Shown in pieces: positions 26,735-40,651 of a DNA stretch of 64,000 nt (the stretch's first letter is position 1; each line of letters begins with the position of its first letter). Below the pieces are notes generated by a model, which searched no databases, was not told where the DNA came from, and saw only the letters and a list, made by a program, of their open reading frames with translations. The stretch covers positions 49,414,001 through 49,478,000 of the forward strand of contig NC_059428.1 of NCBI RefSeq assembly GCF_021028975.2, in the 5' to 3' direction. The DNA comes from Sphaerodactylus townsendi. Taxonomy: Eukaryota. Made by a program: the position numbers and the translations under genes.

Positions 26735-27946
26735 TGAGTGTGTTCTAAGCTGAAATTTCAGTTTAGCTGCAAACTTGGAAAAAGCCAGAAGGTCCCTTCA
26801 TTTTATTCCACTTTTCTACTGCAAATTATGCCCTTCTGGCCCCAATTCTCATAGTAGCAGTAACCTGGCTTTAAAGGCACAAGGTTGTTGAGGAACAAAC
26901 AGTTCTTTTCCCTCTGCAATTATCCTGCCAGCTATTTCCATCCTACCAGTTTACAGACCTGTTTTTCCACTGCATTCACAAAATAAATTTTCTTAATTGT
27001 GTAAATAAGGCTTTAGATAACAAATTTCTTGGGGCAGAAACTAGGGTATGCTTTAAAACCATATAAAGATCACTAATGTAACATTTGTTGGGGCTTGTAA
27101 CAGCCTTAAGGGGAGCACAGTGTTTGTTTGTTTTTAACGTATGTATCTTTTCCAAGTTCTGATGCATTAGCAGATTGTATTTAGTGTTTTGAATTGCTGT
27201 GATGTTCTCATTTGGATCAGATTTCGCCATCAGTCTTTATCATGCATTAGTAACAAACAAAACAAAGTCTGAATCTCTTGAAAGGTCATTCTGTATCACC
27301 CAGCTTGATGCTGGCTAGTGGAAGTGCAAAAAGGCAATTAACATTTATATAGCAAAATGCTTTCAGCTGACTTCTGTTCACAAGATAGGTGGAAGCTGAT
27401 TTGTCTGGGAGGCTCTCTTCCACTAGTGCCCATCTAGAACATTAGTGTAAACGCTTTTGCACGCAGATTTTTTAGCCCTTTTTTTAGCCTTTTCTAGACA
27501 GAGCCAACCTCAGTCATTTTCCTATCTGATGCAAACAGTAAAATTCATGTTCCTTTGCTCTAGCTTGTAGCACACTTGAAATATTAGAAGTAGAAAAATG
27601 TTGTCTTCTGGAGAATATGAAACCTTAGTATTGCCTTGTGCTAAGGCCACATCTGCTTAAGCCTTAAAGGAATGGTGACTGACAGCTTTGTGCCTACCTA
27701 CAATGTACTGCTGGCCTGTATCACACAAACATTTTTTTAGTGTTTTTAACTGGCCAAGTAAAATGTTCCATGCTAAATCAAGCAGTAATAAAAGCCAGTT
27801 CTCTTCATTAATCAGTTGTGGTAGTGATGAGCACTATCAGTTGGTGGCTAAACCACATTTTCTGTAGAGGTCCCTACCAAAATATATACAAGTGCTGGAG
27901 TCTATTCATGACAGTGAACACGTTCTGTTTTCCAATATACTTCTAG

Positions 27947-28162
<216 letters not shown>

Positions 28163-29276
28163 TAAGTTTATTTAGAATAAATATGCACACCTGTGTCAGA
28201 CAGGTCTGCATGTAAATGAGACATTGGAACACCAGCTCACGACTTACCAAATACATAGACAAGATCATTATAGTATATTATTGATTTACATGCAATAATG
28301 TCTTCAGTTACTCCACGTAGCAGTTTGATTTAGGTATAATTCCAAACCAAGATTTGGTGCTACACAAAACAATCTGGAGTTCATGCACTCCCCCTTCCTT
28401 TCCCCCTTTTGCACTAGAACTTCTTTCATCCCTGTTTCTCAATGAACAGTAGGCTGTCTGGAAGTCAGAACTGCAACCAGGATCAAGCCCAAACTTGTTG
28501 GTATAACAGTGAACCATGATTTGATGTTATGTATCAACCAGTTCATTGTGAAATTAAATGGAAGTTTCCTATGAAAATAATTCTAACCACTCCTTTGTGA
28601 AACATTTCCCTTTGGAAAAGTCATATTTGTATCTGATATAGAAAAGTGGTCGAGATCATTTGTTCTGTAATAGTGGTCATAACATGTCCAGCTGGGGAGA
28701 GGGGGGGGGGCTGCAAGGGATGCTGCTTTCGAAGAAACATCCTAGCCATATTTGAAGAAGGGAAATGATGTTGGAGATGTTGCTTTGATGTGCATGTTCT
28801 GTCTCTGTTTTAAGAGATGCAGTCACTAGTGCTTAATAGCAGGGTCTTGTGCAGTGTAATCCTGAGATATTCAGGTGTGCCATTTCCTAAGAACTGTACA
28901 AAAAATAGAATGTCAGAGTAAATGATCCATTTGTATTTTGTGCATCCCTTTTCCCTGCTGCCTTATATCCCCAGCCCTTACGCAGTTCCCATGGGTATAA
29001 TGAGACTATTTCATCCCTACTTCTGAAATTCCCTCTAAGGGATTAGGTACCCTTTTACCCGATTGTTTTCACAGTTACTGAAACAATTGTCAAACATGCA
29101 CAATTCTGTGGAGAAAAATAGATTTCAGTTCACACGTAGATGAATTTACTGGCAGTTTTAAAATAGTTACATTTTAAAATTATAAAACGTCTATGTCAAA
29201 TTTTAAAAAGTGCTTCCAAATAGTTCATTAAATAGTCTGTGCTAAACAGCAGTTTTTATTTTTTTTCATATTTTAG

Positions 29277-29365
29277 GAGGATACTACTACGACAGAAACC
29301 ACATTGTTGTAAATCAGCTCAATGTCAATGAATGTACACAGAAATGGGACTTTGACATATTATGA
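29277..29365 (+). CDS. CRYBG3: CRYBG3 terminal coding exon (stop TGA 29363-29365)
   Basis: ttttag| GYYYDRNHIVVNQLNVNECTQKWDFDIL*; the 17 exons sum to 2019 nt in frame. Confidence 0.96.
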
Positions 29366-32311
29366 GCTCAGTTCATGACTGTAAAGACATTAAAAACATG
29401 AATCAACATGACCTAAACTTACTCTTGAACAAACTACTTGAAGTCACACAACACTGGACTGCACAGGATCTGTCTGACTTCATCATATGTGGCACAGAGT
29501 CAATGATTATCAAGCTTATTAAAAAAACACCCTAGGTTATGGAAAGTTATAAACAGCGTTGCCAGATGGGACCAGTGGCAGATGTTACCATGCTGACAAT
29601 GCAATCTTTGCTTATTTATTTTGTGTTCTAATTCTTTTGGTCCAAGTAAGGATAGCTTTGTAAAAATTTGGGCTAAGTTTTTTTTACCTCCTCCAGTTTT
29701 TAAAACTGCCAATGGAAGCTCACAGATTACTGCACTGTTCTCTTTATGTTTAAATATCTTGTACTTGGAAGTTCACAAATGATTAGTCTCAGGTAAGCGT
29801 CATCAGTATACTTTATGTACACTACTATTTTGGCTTATATCAACTCTCAAAATGGTAATAAAACCAATGTTGTAAGAACTGTATCTGAAAAGGCAGTTTA
29901 TTTGTTGCTTCTGGGTATCTATCCTCAGGACAATTCTATTATCTATAAAGTAGATCAAGAGTATTCAGGGGAAATTCTGTGACTATTCCTCATTTCCTTA
30001 TGCAAAACTAAAACACAGGTTGATGGAGAATAATGGGATTCTTGCAGCTGAATTTTATTCTTAGCGCAAAAGCTGTCTATATTTTCACAACTAGTGATTG
30101 CATTAGACCCCTCTGGTCATTTTACCAGCCCATATTTGCTATTATAATAGCAAGTACTTATGAGCTGGGATACTGAAATTCATCACCCTAATTCTATGAA
30201 AAGGTCTTTAAATAATTAGGCTATTGTTTTAATGCCCAGGAGGTGTGACTGAATTTCAGGACATTGGTTTTCAAGGTTGCAAGGGCTACTGAATCAGAGT
30301 GCTAACGCAGGAGTTACCACTTTCCTCCTGCGCTGTTTCCCCAATCTAAATCCTCCCCTTTCCACAGCAGCTACTGTTTGCATTCCTAGAAAAACATTAT
30401 TTTTATTACCACCAGTGGATATAGGTAGATGGTAAATATTCTTGTGCTAGTGCTCTGATCCAATTAAGCAGATTCAGCTTACTTTTCAGCAAAAATGAAT
30501 CTGTTTTGCAACTCAGTCACAAATACCTTGTCCAATGTGTGTTTTGTCTCTGTTGTATTCTTGCGATAATTGCACCTGTCACTGAATTTCTTGATCACCT
30601 CAAACTGCTATCAGTAACTAATTTAATGGATGGTTGTTTAAAAATAAACTGCAAAGGGCCTGCTTGCACTCCGCAAAAATTCAGCCTAACATAAAAGCAC
30701 TTTTAGTCCAATTTCAGATGGGAGATATTGCCTACTAGAAAGCACATCATTTTGTTTAAAAAACTGTATCAGAATTAAAGTCTTGTAAAAAACCTGAATA
30801 TTTACTTTTAACGTTTAAAAGTATGAAAAATGAGCTGTTTACACCCTGTACACAGCTTGAGAATTCCTGCATAAATAAGTTCATACTTGGGTCTCTTCCA
30901 CCCCTAAGGAATTTTCCTCATATTTAGTAATCTGATCCAAGATAGGCATTGTGTTACTCAACTTGAATGTTAAGTTGTGATTTAAAATACCAGTTCACAG
31001 GATGATGCTATCACAACATCAGAAAGGTGTGTGGTTGCAGCTGTTCTCTCCACTCCAAAGCAGGATACATTAAATCTTTTTTTAAAAAAAGAAGGTTCCT
31101 GCCAGTCTGCTGTTTATAAGGAGCAGTGGCATCTTTTTTAGGCGGAGGCTCATGCTCAGTTGTTCGATTGCAAAATATGCAACTGATAATTGCCCATGCT
31201 GGAGCAGTTGTTTCCTGTGTTGTAATAAAAAGTACTAGCTACAATATGTCTTAAATGTAACCTTGTAAATAAATGAAATCAAGCTCAATTAGCTGAAACA
31301 AAAAAAGCTATTTTTTCTTTGACTTCTGATTATCATAAAGATTAGACTGTTATAAAAATGATGAGAAATCTAAAGCTGCAAGGTTACCGCCAGAAACTCT
31401 GTTTTTATATGAAGAGGTTGTAATCTTAAGAAATTCTACCTAAATCCAGATTCTAAGCTTCAGCTGTAGCTCCAACCAAGCAAACGTCAGACACGTGAAA
31501 ACACAGTCTCCCAGGCCATCAACCATATTTGTAGCAAACTGGAACAGGTATACCAGCTCCTCCCTTAGGGCAGGGATATCTCAGGCTTCTAGTGTCTGAC
31601 CATAAACTACTGCATTTGCTTCCACCTGTAAACACAGCATTCACTGTGAGCTGTATGGTGTCCAGTCACCAAGTACAGCCTACGTGAAAATGCACTGCTG
31701 AATAGGTGTTTGGAATATGCCCTAATTGCACTTTAGATTGTAAAAATGTATTTACTTTTTGCAGTTATGTTGTTTTATAAGTAAGTCTTTACTAAGGCAC
31801 TTAGTAATAGATTAAAAAACTGTTAAATAACAAACACAATAACTTTGTGGTTTGAAGGCTATGCAATATCAAGTGCACCTCAGTCATTCTTAGTTAGTGT
31901 TATCAGTGTTATATCTTGGAAGTCTGATCCAGTCCCCTGTTCAATGCTCTGGCATTCAGACAGGGCTTGCATAGAGATGTTACATGGAAGCCTACCTAGT
32001 CATTACCACCCGTTCACTCAGTACAAGTTACTTTTCATCTACAGCTCCGGTAATCTCCACTGAGAATAGACTGAGGAACTAGATAGTGGAACTGGATCAT
32101 GCTCTCAAGAGTTTAATAAAAATTTGTGAATGTATATTATGTTGTATAGATACTGCAGGGAAGAGGGGAAGATCATCGACATTGTTCATTTTTATAATAT
32201 CAAAAGGCAATAATTTTTACCAGCTACTAACTGATGTTCCAATCTTTCGATTTTGCCAAAAAAGTGACCTTATACATAATGTATATAGAGGTTATGTCTC
32301 TGTACCACTGG

Positions 32312-32356
32312 ATTAAAACACTTTAAAATATATTCAGTCAGCATTTGTCTTTTATT
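32312..32356. terminator. Facing polyadenylation signals (ATTAAA on +, AATAAA on -) between convergent CRYBG3 and RIOX2
   Basis: ATTAAA 32312-32317 (+); TTTATT 32351-32356 (= AATAAA on -); U/GU-rich tracts follow each. Other + AATAAA hexamers at 29857 and 32115. Confidence 0.45.
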
Positions 32357-33245
32357 TGTATAGATACTTCCTCATTTCCCCTGAACAAGCTATGCAGCTG
32401 CCTTCAATGTATACAGTAAAATATTAAAATCACTGAGGTTCTCCATGCACTTAGTCCTACAATGCTACTAAGGTGAACTACTTATACAGAAAATGTACAA
32501 TGTGTAACTGTAGTCCTGTTTTTTAAAAGCCCTATTATAGAAAAGATAATACATTAGTTAAGACACACTAATTTTAAAAAGTTTTTCTCCCCTTAAAGAA
32601 ACATTCAAAATGCAATCTGCCTTCCTGAATTCCGATGTGATAATATCACTTTCTAAACACACAGTGTAGCTCTAGGCCATGGGTCGGTAGGTCACTTGGA
32701 AGTGACCAGTCATTCCCCAGGCAATTAAAAGTTTCTTCCAAGAAATGCAGAGGTAGTTGAATTTTCCACCTATCAGGTAATTTACACTTTGGAATTGCAT
32801 TGGTTTGGGAAAAACAAGCAAAAGAAAGGTTTCCCACGAGCATTGTAAACCAGCTCTGAAATGCTTTAATTTTTGTATGTTAACATTTTGTGACTTGGTT
32901 TTTCCAAGGGTCTTTCCAGAGAAAGTTTTGTTAGTTTAAGGCAGTATCCAGATATTGGGGTGGAGGGGGAAACTCTTCCTTGTAATCTCTCCACTTTATA
33001 TAACAATTTTTAAATTCTGTAGTAGTGGGTTTGAAAAATCACCCATATGCACCTTCCTGTCCCAGATAATTAAAGAGCTGAGTCTGTGCACTAGTTCCTG
33101 CCTCTTCCACACATTACTACTCTGCAGCCAATTAACAAAGAACTACTTTTCAAATTGTAATGGTGGTGCAAACAGATGGCAGACACCTCCTGAGAAGACT
33201 GTAGCAGATACAGCCAATCATATAGTTTTTAGGATGTTGTGGGAG

Positions 33246-33448
33246 GAAAAACTATATATTGTCAGAGGCTTTCATGGCTGGAATCACTAGGAAGTTGTGT
33301 GGTTTTGGGGCTGAATGGCTGTGTTCCAGTAGTATTTTCTCCTGACGTTTCTTCTGCATCTCCACTAGAACATGGCTACACAGCCCAAAAAAACCACAAC
33401 ATCCTTGTGATTCCAGCCGTGAAAACCTTTGACAATATATAGTTTTTC
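33246..33448. mobile_element. Inverted pair of Penelope pLTR fragments (203-bp palindrome)
   Basis: Perfect 19-bp outer inverted repeat gaaaaactatatattgtca / tgacaatatatagtttttc, then imperfect pairing; same family as 11864. Confidence 0.8.
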
Positions 33449-33952
33449 TTATCCCTGCAGTAGTATTGCAGATGAGGAGAAATGGCACCGATAAAATATA
33501 AAAGACCCTTATGGTGGCTTCATATTTTAGCAACTAACCATGGCATATCCTTCATACAGTTAGTGGCAAGCTTCATGTTTGCTACAAATACTAGACAAGG
33601 TACCTCCCAACTGGGATTCAGAGATTTTACATAGTACTAATGTTCTCAAATTCTACATATCAAGAAATCGAAGAGAGACTTTTTTGAGCTACTACAAAAT
33701 CCCAAGGATTATTTTATCAGTACACAAAATAACTAAGAGTATTGTGTGTTTTGGAATACATAAACTAATCTGTTCATGTTACATCAAAATAAGTGCCTTC
33801 ACAAACAAGACAGGCAATGTTTTTGCTCTTCCAGTACTTGCAGCATTTAAACATTTTCATTTAAACAATTTCATTTAAACAATTTCAGTTGGATTATACT
33901 ATAAATCTCCCAGGGAAATAGAAGGTTGCTCAATGTTGGCCAGTTTACACCT

Positions 33953-34141
<189 letters not shown>

Positions 34142-34177
34142 TTAAACAAAGCATTCGACATCTTCTGCAAAGTACTA

Positions 34178-34327
<150 letters not shown>

Positions 34328-34737
34328 CTAAGAATCAAAGAAAGCATAAATATAGGCATTATTTGTTAAAGGAAATATGAATCCCTCTGGGATCCATAGA
34401 AGATCGATGCAGGAGCCTCACTATTCATCATGTGTGTGGGTAGCAACAATTAGTGTAGTTCTTACAAAATTATGCAGCAAAGTCTTCAACTAAGTTCAGA
34501 TTTGGTTATATTTTTTAAAAAGCTAAAATCTAGTTTTTAAGCTTCTCCAAAAAATATTTTCAGTTCATGTCATCTTCACTTTTATGAACCCAGCAAGACT
34601 GTCACTACAGTGTAATAAATCCTGATCATGTGCTGTGGGATACAACTAAGTAGTCTAAAAATAACACACAGCCACTCTAACAAAGCAGAAAGCTTAACTG
34701 AAAATCTGTTCACTACAGGCAGTCTCTGAATACGCAC

Positions 34738-34826
34738 CAAAGGATCTTGATCCGGTTCCACTGTAATTACAGTGTAGTCTTTAAACTGTAATCTGATTGT
34801 GCTGTCAACTGTGGGCAGTTTTCCTC
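34738..34826 (-). CDS. RIOX2: RIOX2 coding exon
   Basis: tttaag| GKLPTVDSTIRLQFKDYTVITVEPDQDPL |gtgcgt. Confidence 0.94.
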
Positions 34827-35343
34827 CTTAAAAGGAAAATATAAACACATTACTTAAGAGGAGAGAATGTTCTGGTCTCTCAATAAGGTACTTTAGTCAG
34901 CCCTGAAAGTATTTATTTAAAACCTTTGCCACTTTTCTGCCCAATTAGGTCCCCCAAGGCAGTAAACAAGTAGAAGAAAAATCGCCTTTTAAAAACTGTA
35001 CAAATAAATGAAACTGACAATTCAAAACAAAGAAAAAGGAGGTTCAGTAAAGGTAACCTAGACAAAATAGAAAGAAGTCTTAACTTGCTGGTGAAAGATA
35101 ACAATCAAGGGTATAGAATAATCTCCCTGGGGAGGTAAAACCCCAATTATTGTGCCATTTTCAAGAAGGCCCTTTCTCAGGTTGTCACCAGTCCAAATTC
35201 AGATGGTGGGGGTCCTGGAAGATAATCAAACAAATGCTCTGGAAGGGGCCTTCATCTGTAGCAAACCGATGCCATGTGACTAATTGGTAAATAAAGTGTA
35301 GCGCCGCTTTATATTTCATAATGAACTGATTCCTCACTCTTCA

Positions 35344-35550
<207 letters not shown>

Positions 35551-36384
35551 CTAAACAGGAGAAAATGAAGAGTTTAAGCTAAGGTCAGAAACAAGATCCT
35601 AATTTAATAGAGAAGGAAGTACAAAACTCTTCAGATTTTACACATGCTGGCTACCAACTTACTGTGAAGTCTCCTGCATGAAGAAAAGAGTAGCCATGAG
35701 GAGTTTTCTGGAAGTATCAAAATTTTCATCCCATGGTCAATGTTTTGGATAAAGTCAAGGTCTCAAATACAATGTGGCACAGAGAAGGATGAGCACCAAT
35801 GATTGGTAAATTGGTAAATTTCAAATTCAGGTTTTAAAAACCCTGAAATTTTCAGTTAAGCTGAATAAAGCTGATATCTATCAGCTTTATTTGGCTTTTT
35901 ACCAAGTTTTGGGGGGCTTTAAAAACTTGGAAAAATTTTAGCTATCCCACTGCAGTTTCTCAGGACCACACAGGGAAAACTGCAGCTGAATGCTGCACTG
36001 GGCTGAGCCTAGCATGGCAGTCAGATCTCTCCCTTCCCTGGAGGACTTGGGAAGCAGCGGTAGTGAAGAGATCTGAATGCTGGGCTGGGCTGGGCTGGGC
36101 TGAGCCCCAGAGGACTTGGGAAGCAGCGTGGAGGGGGGATGCATAATCACATCACAGCATTCAGTTTTCTTTCTCTCCCCCACAGACCCCACTCCAAAAG
36201 GCTGATAAAGCCAAACCATGTTCAGCTTTATCAGCTCCCAGGCTACTGAAGGGGATGTTGGGTGATTTGGGTTTACCAAATCACTATCGCTACTATGGAG
36301 TGCTGTATGAATTTCCATCACATATAACTTTCTTATCATCTGGAATATGGCTGCTGTCAGACTATAGTAAGTAAACATGTTAGT

Positions 36385-36453
36385 TATTCTGGAATAGTTC
36401 AATCTAATATTCTGGAATAGTTCAATCTAATATTCTGGAATAGTTCAATCTAA
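36385..36453. repeat. Exact 23-bp tandem repeat x3
   Basis: (tattctggaatagttcaatctaa)3. Confidence 0.95.
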
Positions 36454-36507
36454 ATCTGAGCCCCTTGGGGGTAGGGCAGTCTATTAAATTTAATAAATAA
36501 TCTTTAC

Positions 36508-36610
36508 CATTAGTAACTGCCTTGGTATACTCTTCCGGAAGTCAATGTCATCTTTTGCAGAATCCAACACAAGTCCAGGAATGACATCTAACAAGAGATC
36601 TCTCCAAGAG
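36508..36610 (-). CDS. RIOX2: RIOX2 coding exon
   Basis: caacag| SWRDLLLDVIPGLVLDSAKDDIDFRKSIPRQLLM |gtaaag. Confidence 0.95.
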
Positions 36611-38211
36611 CTGTTGTGTAAAAGGCATTACAAAAATTAAAAATGACAAGCAAGTCAATCTGAGGCAATGTTTCCTATTGAAAACAACGAACTTACGAAG
36701 ATAAGCTTCAAGCATCAGGCCCAATGTCCTATTAGCTAGTTCCAATTACTTAAATAACAAGCTTCCTTATCTTACATATTGAGAGAAGAGGAAGAAGAAC
36801 AAGATGACCACCTGTTTGAGCAAAGGAAAATATGGTATAGTGGTACAGTGTGTATATTCCTTTAAGAGAGTTGTGTATAAGGGTATGAAAGGGTTGAGAG
36901 TGGATGCAGCTGTTGGATGTCCTTTACCTTGAATAAAGAAGTTTGGGTCTGAATGTGGAGGCATTTTGGATGCATATAGAGTGAAAAATTTTGCGTGTCG
37001 CAAGAGGTGACTACAGGCAATGATTTCCTTGCAATTTACTTTTTTATGAAGTTACTTTCCAAGGAAAAAAAAAGTCACAAGTTCATTTATTTATATGTGG
37101 CTTTTACTACAAATATTTGAAGTAGTATGAAACAACAGTAAAGCAACAACAAATAATAAAGCAATTGAAACAATCATCCCATGAAAAGCTAATGAAAACT
37201 AACCTAAAAACTGAACAAAACTGAAGTGAAATGACTCTTCACCCCAAATATGCTGCTTTGCAAAGTGAACAGGCATTCTGTGGATGCTTAGGGGTTATCC
37301 TGGAACTTTTACAGTTAGTCAGGCTATAGAACAATTTTTTTCCTTCTACCTTCCAGTTTGTGGAAACATGGGGGTTGCCAGTATGTATCTATTTATCTAC
37401 CCACCTACTTATCGAATGAGAGAGAGGTGAAGTTTTCTTTGTGGGAAGGAGACAGTGGATGCAGTATCTATTCAATTAAAGTAACAGGAGCTTTCTGAAA
37501 TGTCTGATTAAAAATGCATCAAAAGGGTCTCAAAGACAGAGAATCTCTGACATGTTGAGACAGTCCAGAGTACATGGTGAGATGAAAAAAGATTTTGAAA
37601 TTCTTTTCAGGAGAGTTGGACCTCAAGAAAAGAAACCAACAAGATGCCTAAGAAAAAGGTAAAAGAAATCTGGTTTATACAGCCTACATCTTAAATTACC
37701 AAAACAATGTTGTTGTTACCAACACTAGTTACCAACACTAAGTTGTAGACCCAGAGTGAGAAGATGCGTATATTGCCTATTTTATTTCCTTTGCTCAGAT
37801 ATTTGTCAATTGTGGCTCCATTGGATGATTTCCCTTTTTCAACCAATGACTACATATTCAGCATTAGATATTCCCTGCTCCAAGCTATGTGAAATGTAGA
37901 ACCCAAACCATACATAACTTTACAGATCAAAGCCAGTACCAGAATTTAAACTGAAGAAGCCACCAAGGTAAAGACTGCTACCAGCATCCTTAACCAGAGA
38001 CAAGATGTAGAACTTTGCATCAGCCACAGGTTCTAGGTATTCCACAAGGCCAGCCTTATGAAAAGGGCACTCTATACAAGTTTGGAAGTTTCAGAAGCAT
38101 GAATTAGTAGTGTACCCTTGTTTATAAGGGCAGACTCAGTACTGCAAAAATCAATGAAAATCTGCTCTAGAGACAGCTGTCAAATAGCAGGGTCCCAGAT
38201 GTCACCTAGGC

Positions 38212-38650
38212 CAGTGATGGCGAACCCATGGCACGGGTGCCACAGGTGGCACTCGGAGCCCTCTCTGTGGGCACACACACACAGAGTTCGTCATTTTTCA
38301 CACACACCCCACACACAGACATCTAGGCTGGCCTGAGCCACTGAGCACAACATGCGCGCACCGCGGTGAGTAGGGAGGACTCAGCTGGCGGGCTTGGTGC
38401 CTGTGCTCCAGGTGGCTGCTGCCCCGGTGGGGGGCGGGGGGGGGGCGCACAGGAGGCAGAGATGCTAGAGAGGCACAGAGCAGTGCGTACAGGACTTGCT
38501 GGAGGCTAGAGCAGGCTGGCCCCTGCTCGAGTGGGTGGGGCGGAGGACCTCCGCATTCAGGTTAAATTGCCGGGTTGGCACTTTGTGATAAATAAGTGGG
38601 GTTTGGGTTGCAATTTGGGCACTCGGTCTCAAAAAGGTTCGCCATCACTG
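38212..38650 (-). mobile_element. Second copy of the same hAT MITE, opposite orientation
   Basis: TIRs CAGTGATGGCGAACC / GGTTCGCCATCACTG; perfect TSD acctaggc (38204-38211, 38651-38658); internal sequence is the reverse complement of 3709-4184. Confidence 0.9.
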
Positions 38651-38837
38651 ACCTAGGCCAATGGGTCAAAAAAGCCCATCGATAAAATACAACACACGGG
38701 CTCTCCGCTTATTCAATCAAGCACTTCATAGAACTTCACTTAAAGAAAAAAATTCATTCTGTGCTGAGTAGGTGGCTTTCAGTGCCACAAAATCACTGGC
38801 AAGAAAGCTTCACAAGAAAGGCAAAGTAGAATGCTTA

Positions 38838-38942
<105 letters not shown>

Positions 38943-40005
38943 CTAGAAGGAGTTGGGTGGATGCAGACAGTTAAAATTATTACATGGACTTTTAAATGAC
39001 TGGATTGCTGTGCTTGTGAATATTTTTAAAATTTCTCAATACCAACCACAGCTGAATCTGCCATTTCTACCTCACAGAACCCTCCCAGTAGCATGCACAG
39101 ATGTACTCTTGCAAAAGAATTCCATCTCCAAACTCTACAGCTATACTATATATATCACTATATTTATCCTGCCAGTCCCAAAATGCATACATTTACAGAA
39201 CAGTCACAATTCTTTATTATGGACCATTTCAGATTCTGATCAGCTAAGAATGATGCAACTACTGTGGATGATATCATACCATTCTCGTCAGCACAGTGTG
39301 ATGAATTCCATCAGCACAAGACACAATTTGCTAGTGGAAGAACCTCTTCCATCAGGGACGTACCTTGAGCCACCTTTAGCCAAGCAAAGTTCCAAGATGC
39401 ATGAAAGGTAGCCAGATTATCCGAATTAAATCAGCAACAGCTACACAACAGCTTCTACACTCTTAAGCACGATTCACAACTAATAGCAATGGTTTCTCAT
39501 TACATAAATCAGTTTTAGGATCCTCCACTCTCTCCATATGCACAGCTCATAAACTGAATACATTCACAACAAATCATGATTTGTTAGGTCTGAATGCACC
39601 ACCTTATTAGTCCAGGTTGGAGGAATGTGTACAAACCATGATTTGTTGTTTCAACATAACAAAAATGGTTTACAGTGAAAGAAGAAATTATTTCCAAGGA
39701 AAGCACAAGTGGGAAAGCAGCAAACTAACCCACTGACATGTCAGGCTCATTCCCACACTGACCATATCTTTGCTGTTGCACATGAACGACGCAAAATGCA
39801 CCATCTAATTTGTATAATACAGGAAAGATCTGTAGGAAATAAAAGTAGTAAAGATGTTTGAAAGCAGAAACATGGTGGAGATAACTCTACCAAGCAAGTC
39901 ACCAAGACCTTCATTTAAGATCTACAAGATGCAGACAAGATTCCTTGCCAGCAAAGAGCAGATTCTATACACATTTGAAAGAAATATTCCCTTATCTAAG
40001 GTCTA

Positions 40006-40194
<189 letters not shown>

Positions 40195-40321
40195 TTAAGA
40201 AGGCCCACAGCGGCAGAAGGGAATATCTAATGCTGACCCAATCTGACCGAAGAACATACATTTGTTATTTATAAAACATAAAAATATCCTGATAACATTG
40301 ACAAGTAGCAGGGATTATCTA

Positions 40322-40651
<330 letters not shown>

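Noticed and set aside
35938-36402. 154-aa ORF in a RIOX2 intron
   Set aside because: Runs through (GGGCT)n and other short repeats of a probable MITE; no domain or splice support.
38953-39411. 152-aa ORF antisense to RIOX2
   Set aside because: Non-ATG start, no homology I recognise, intronic.
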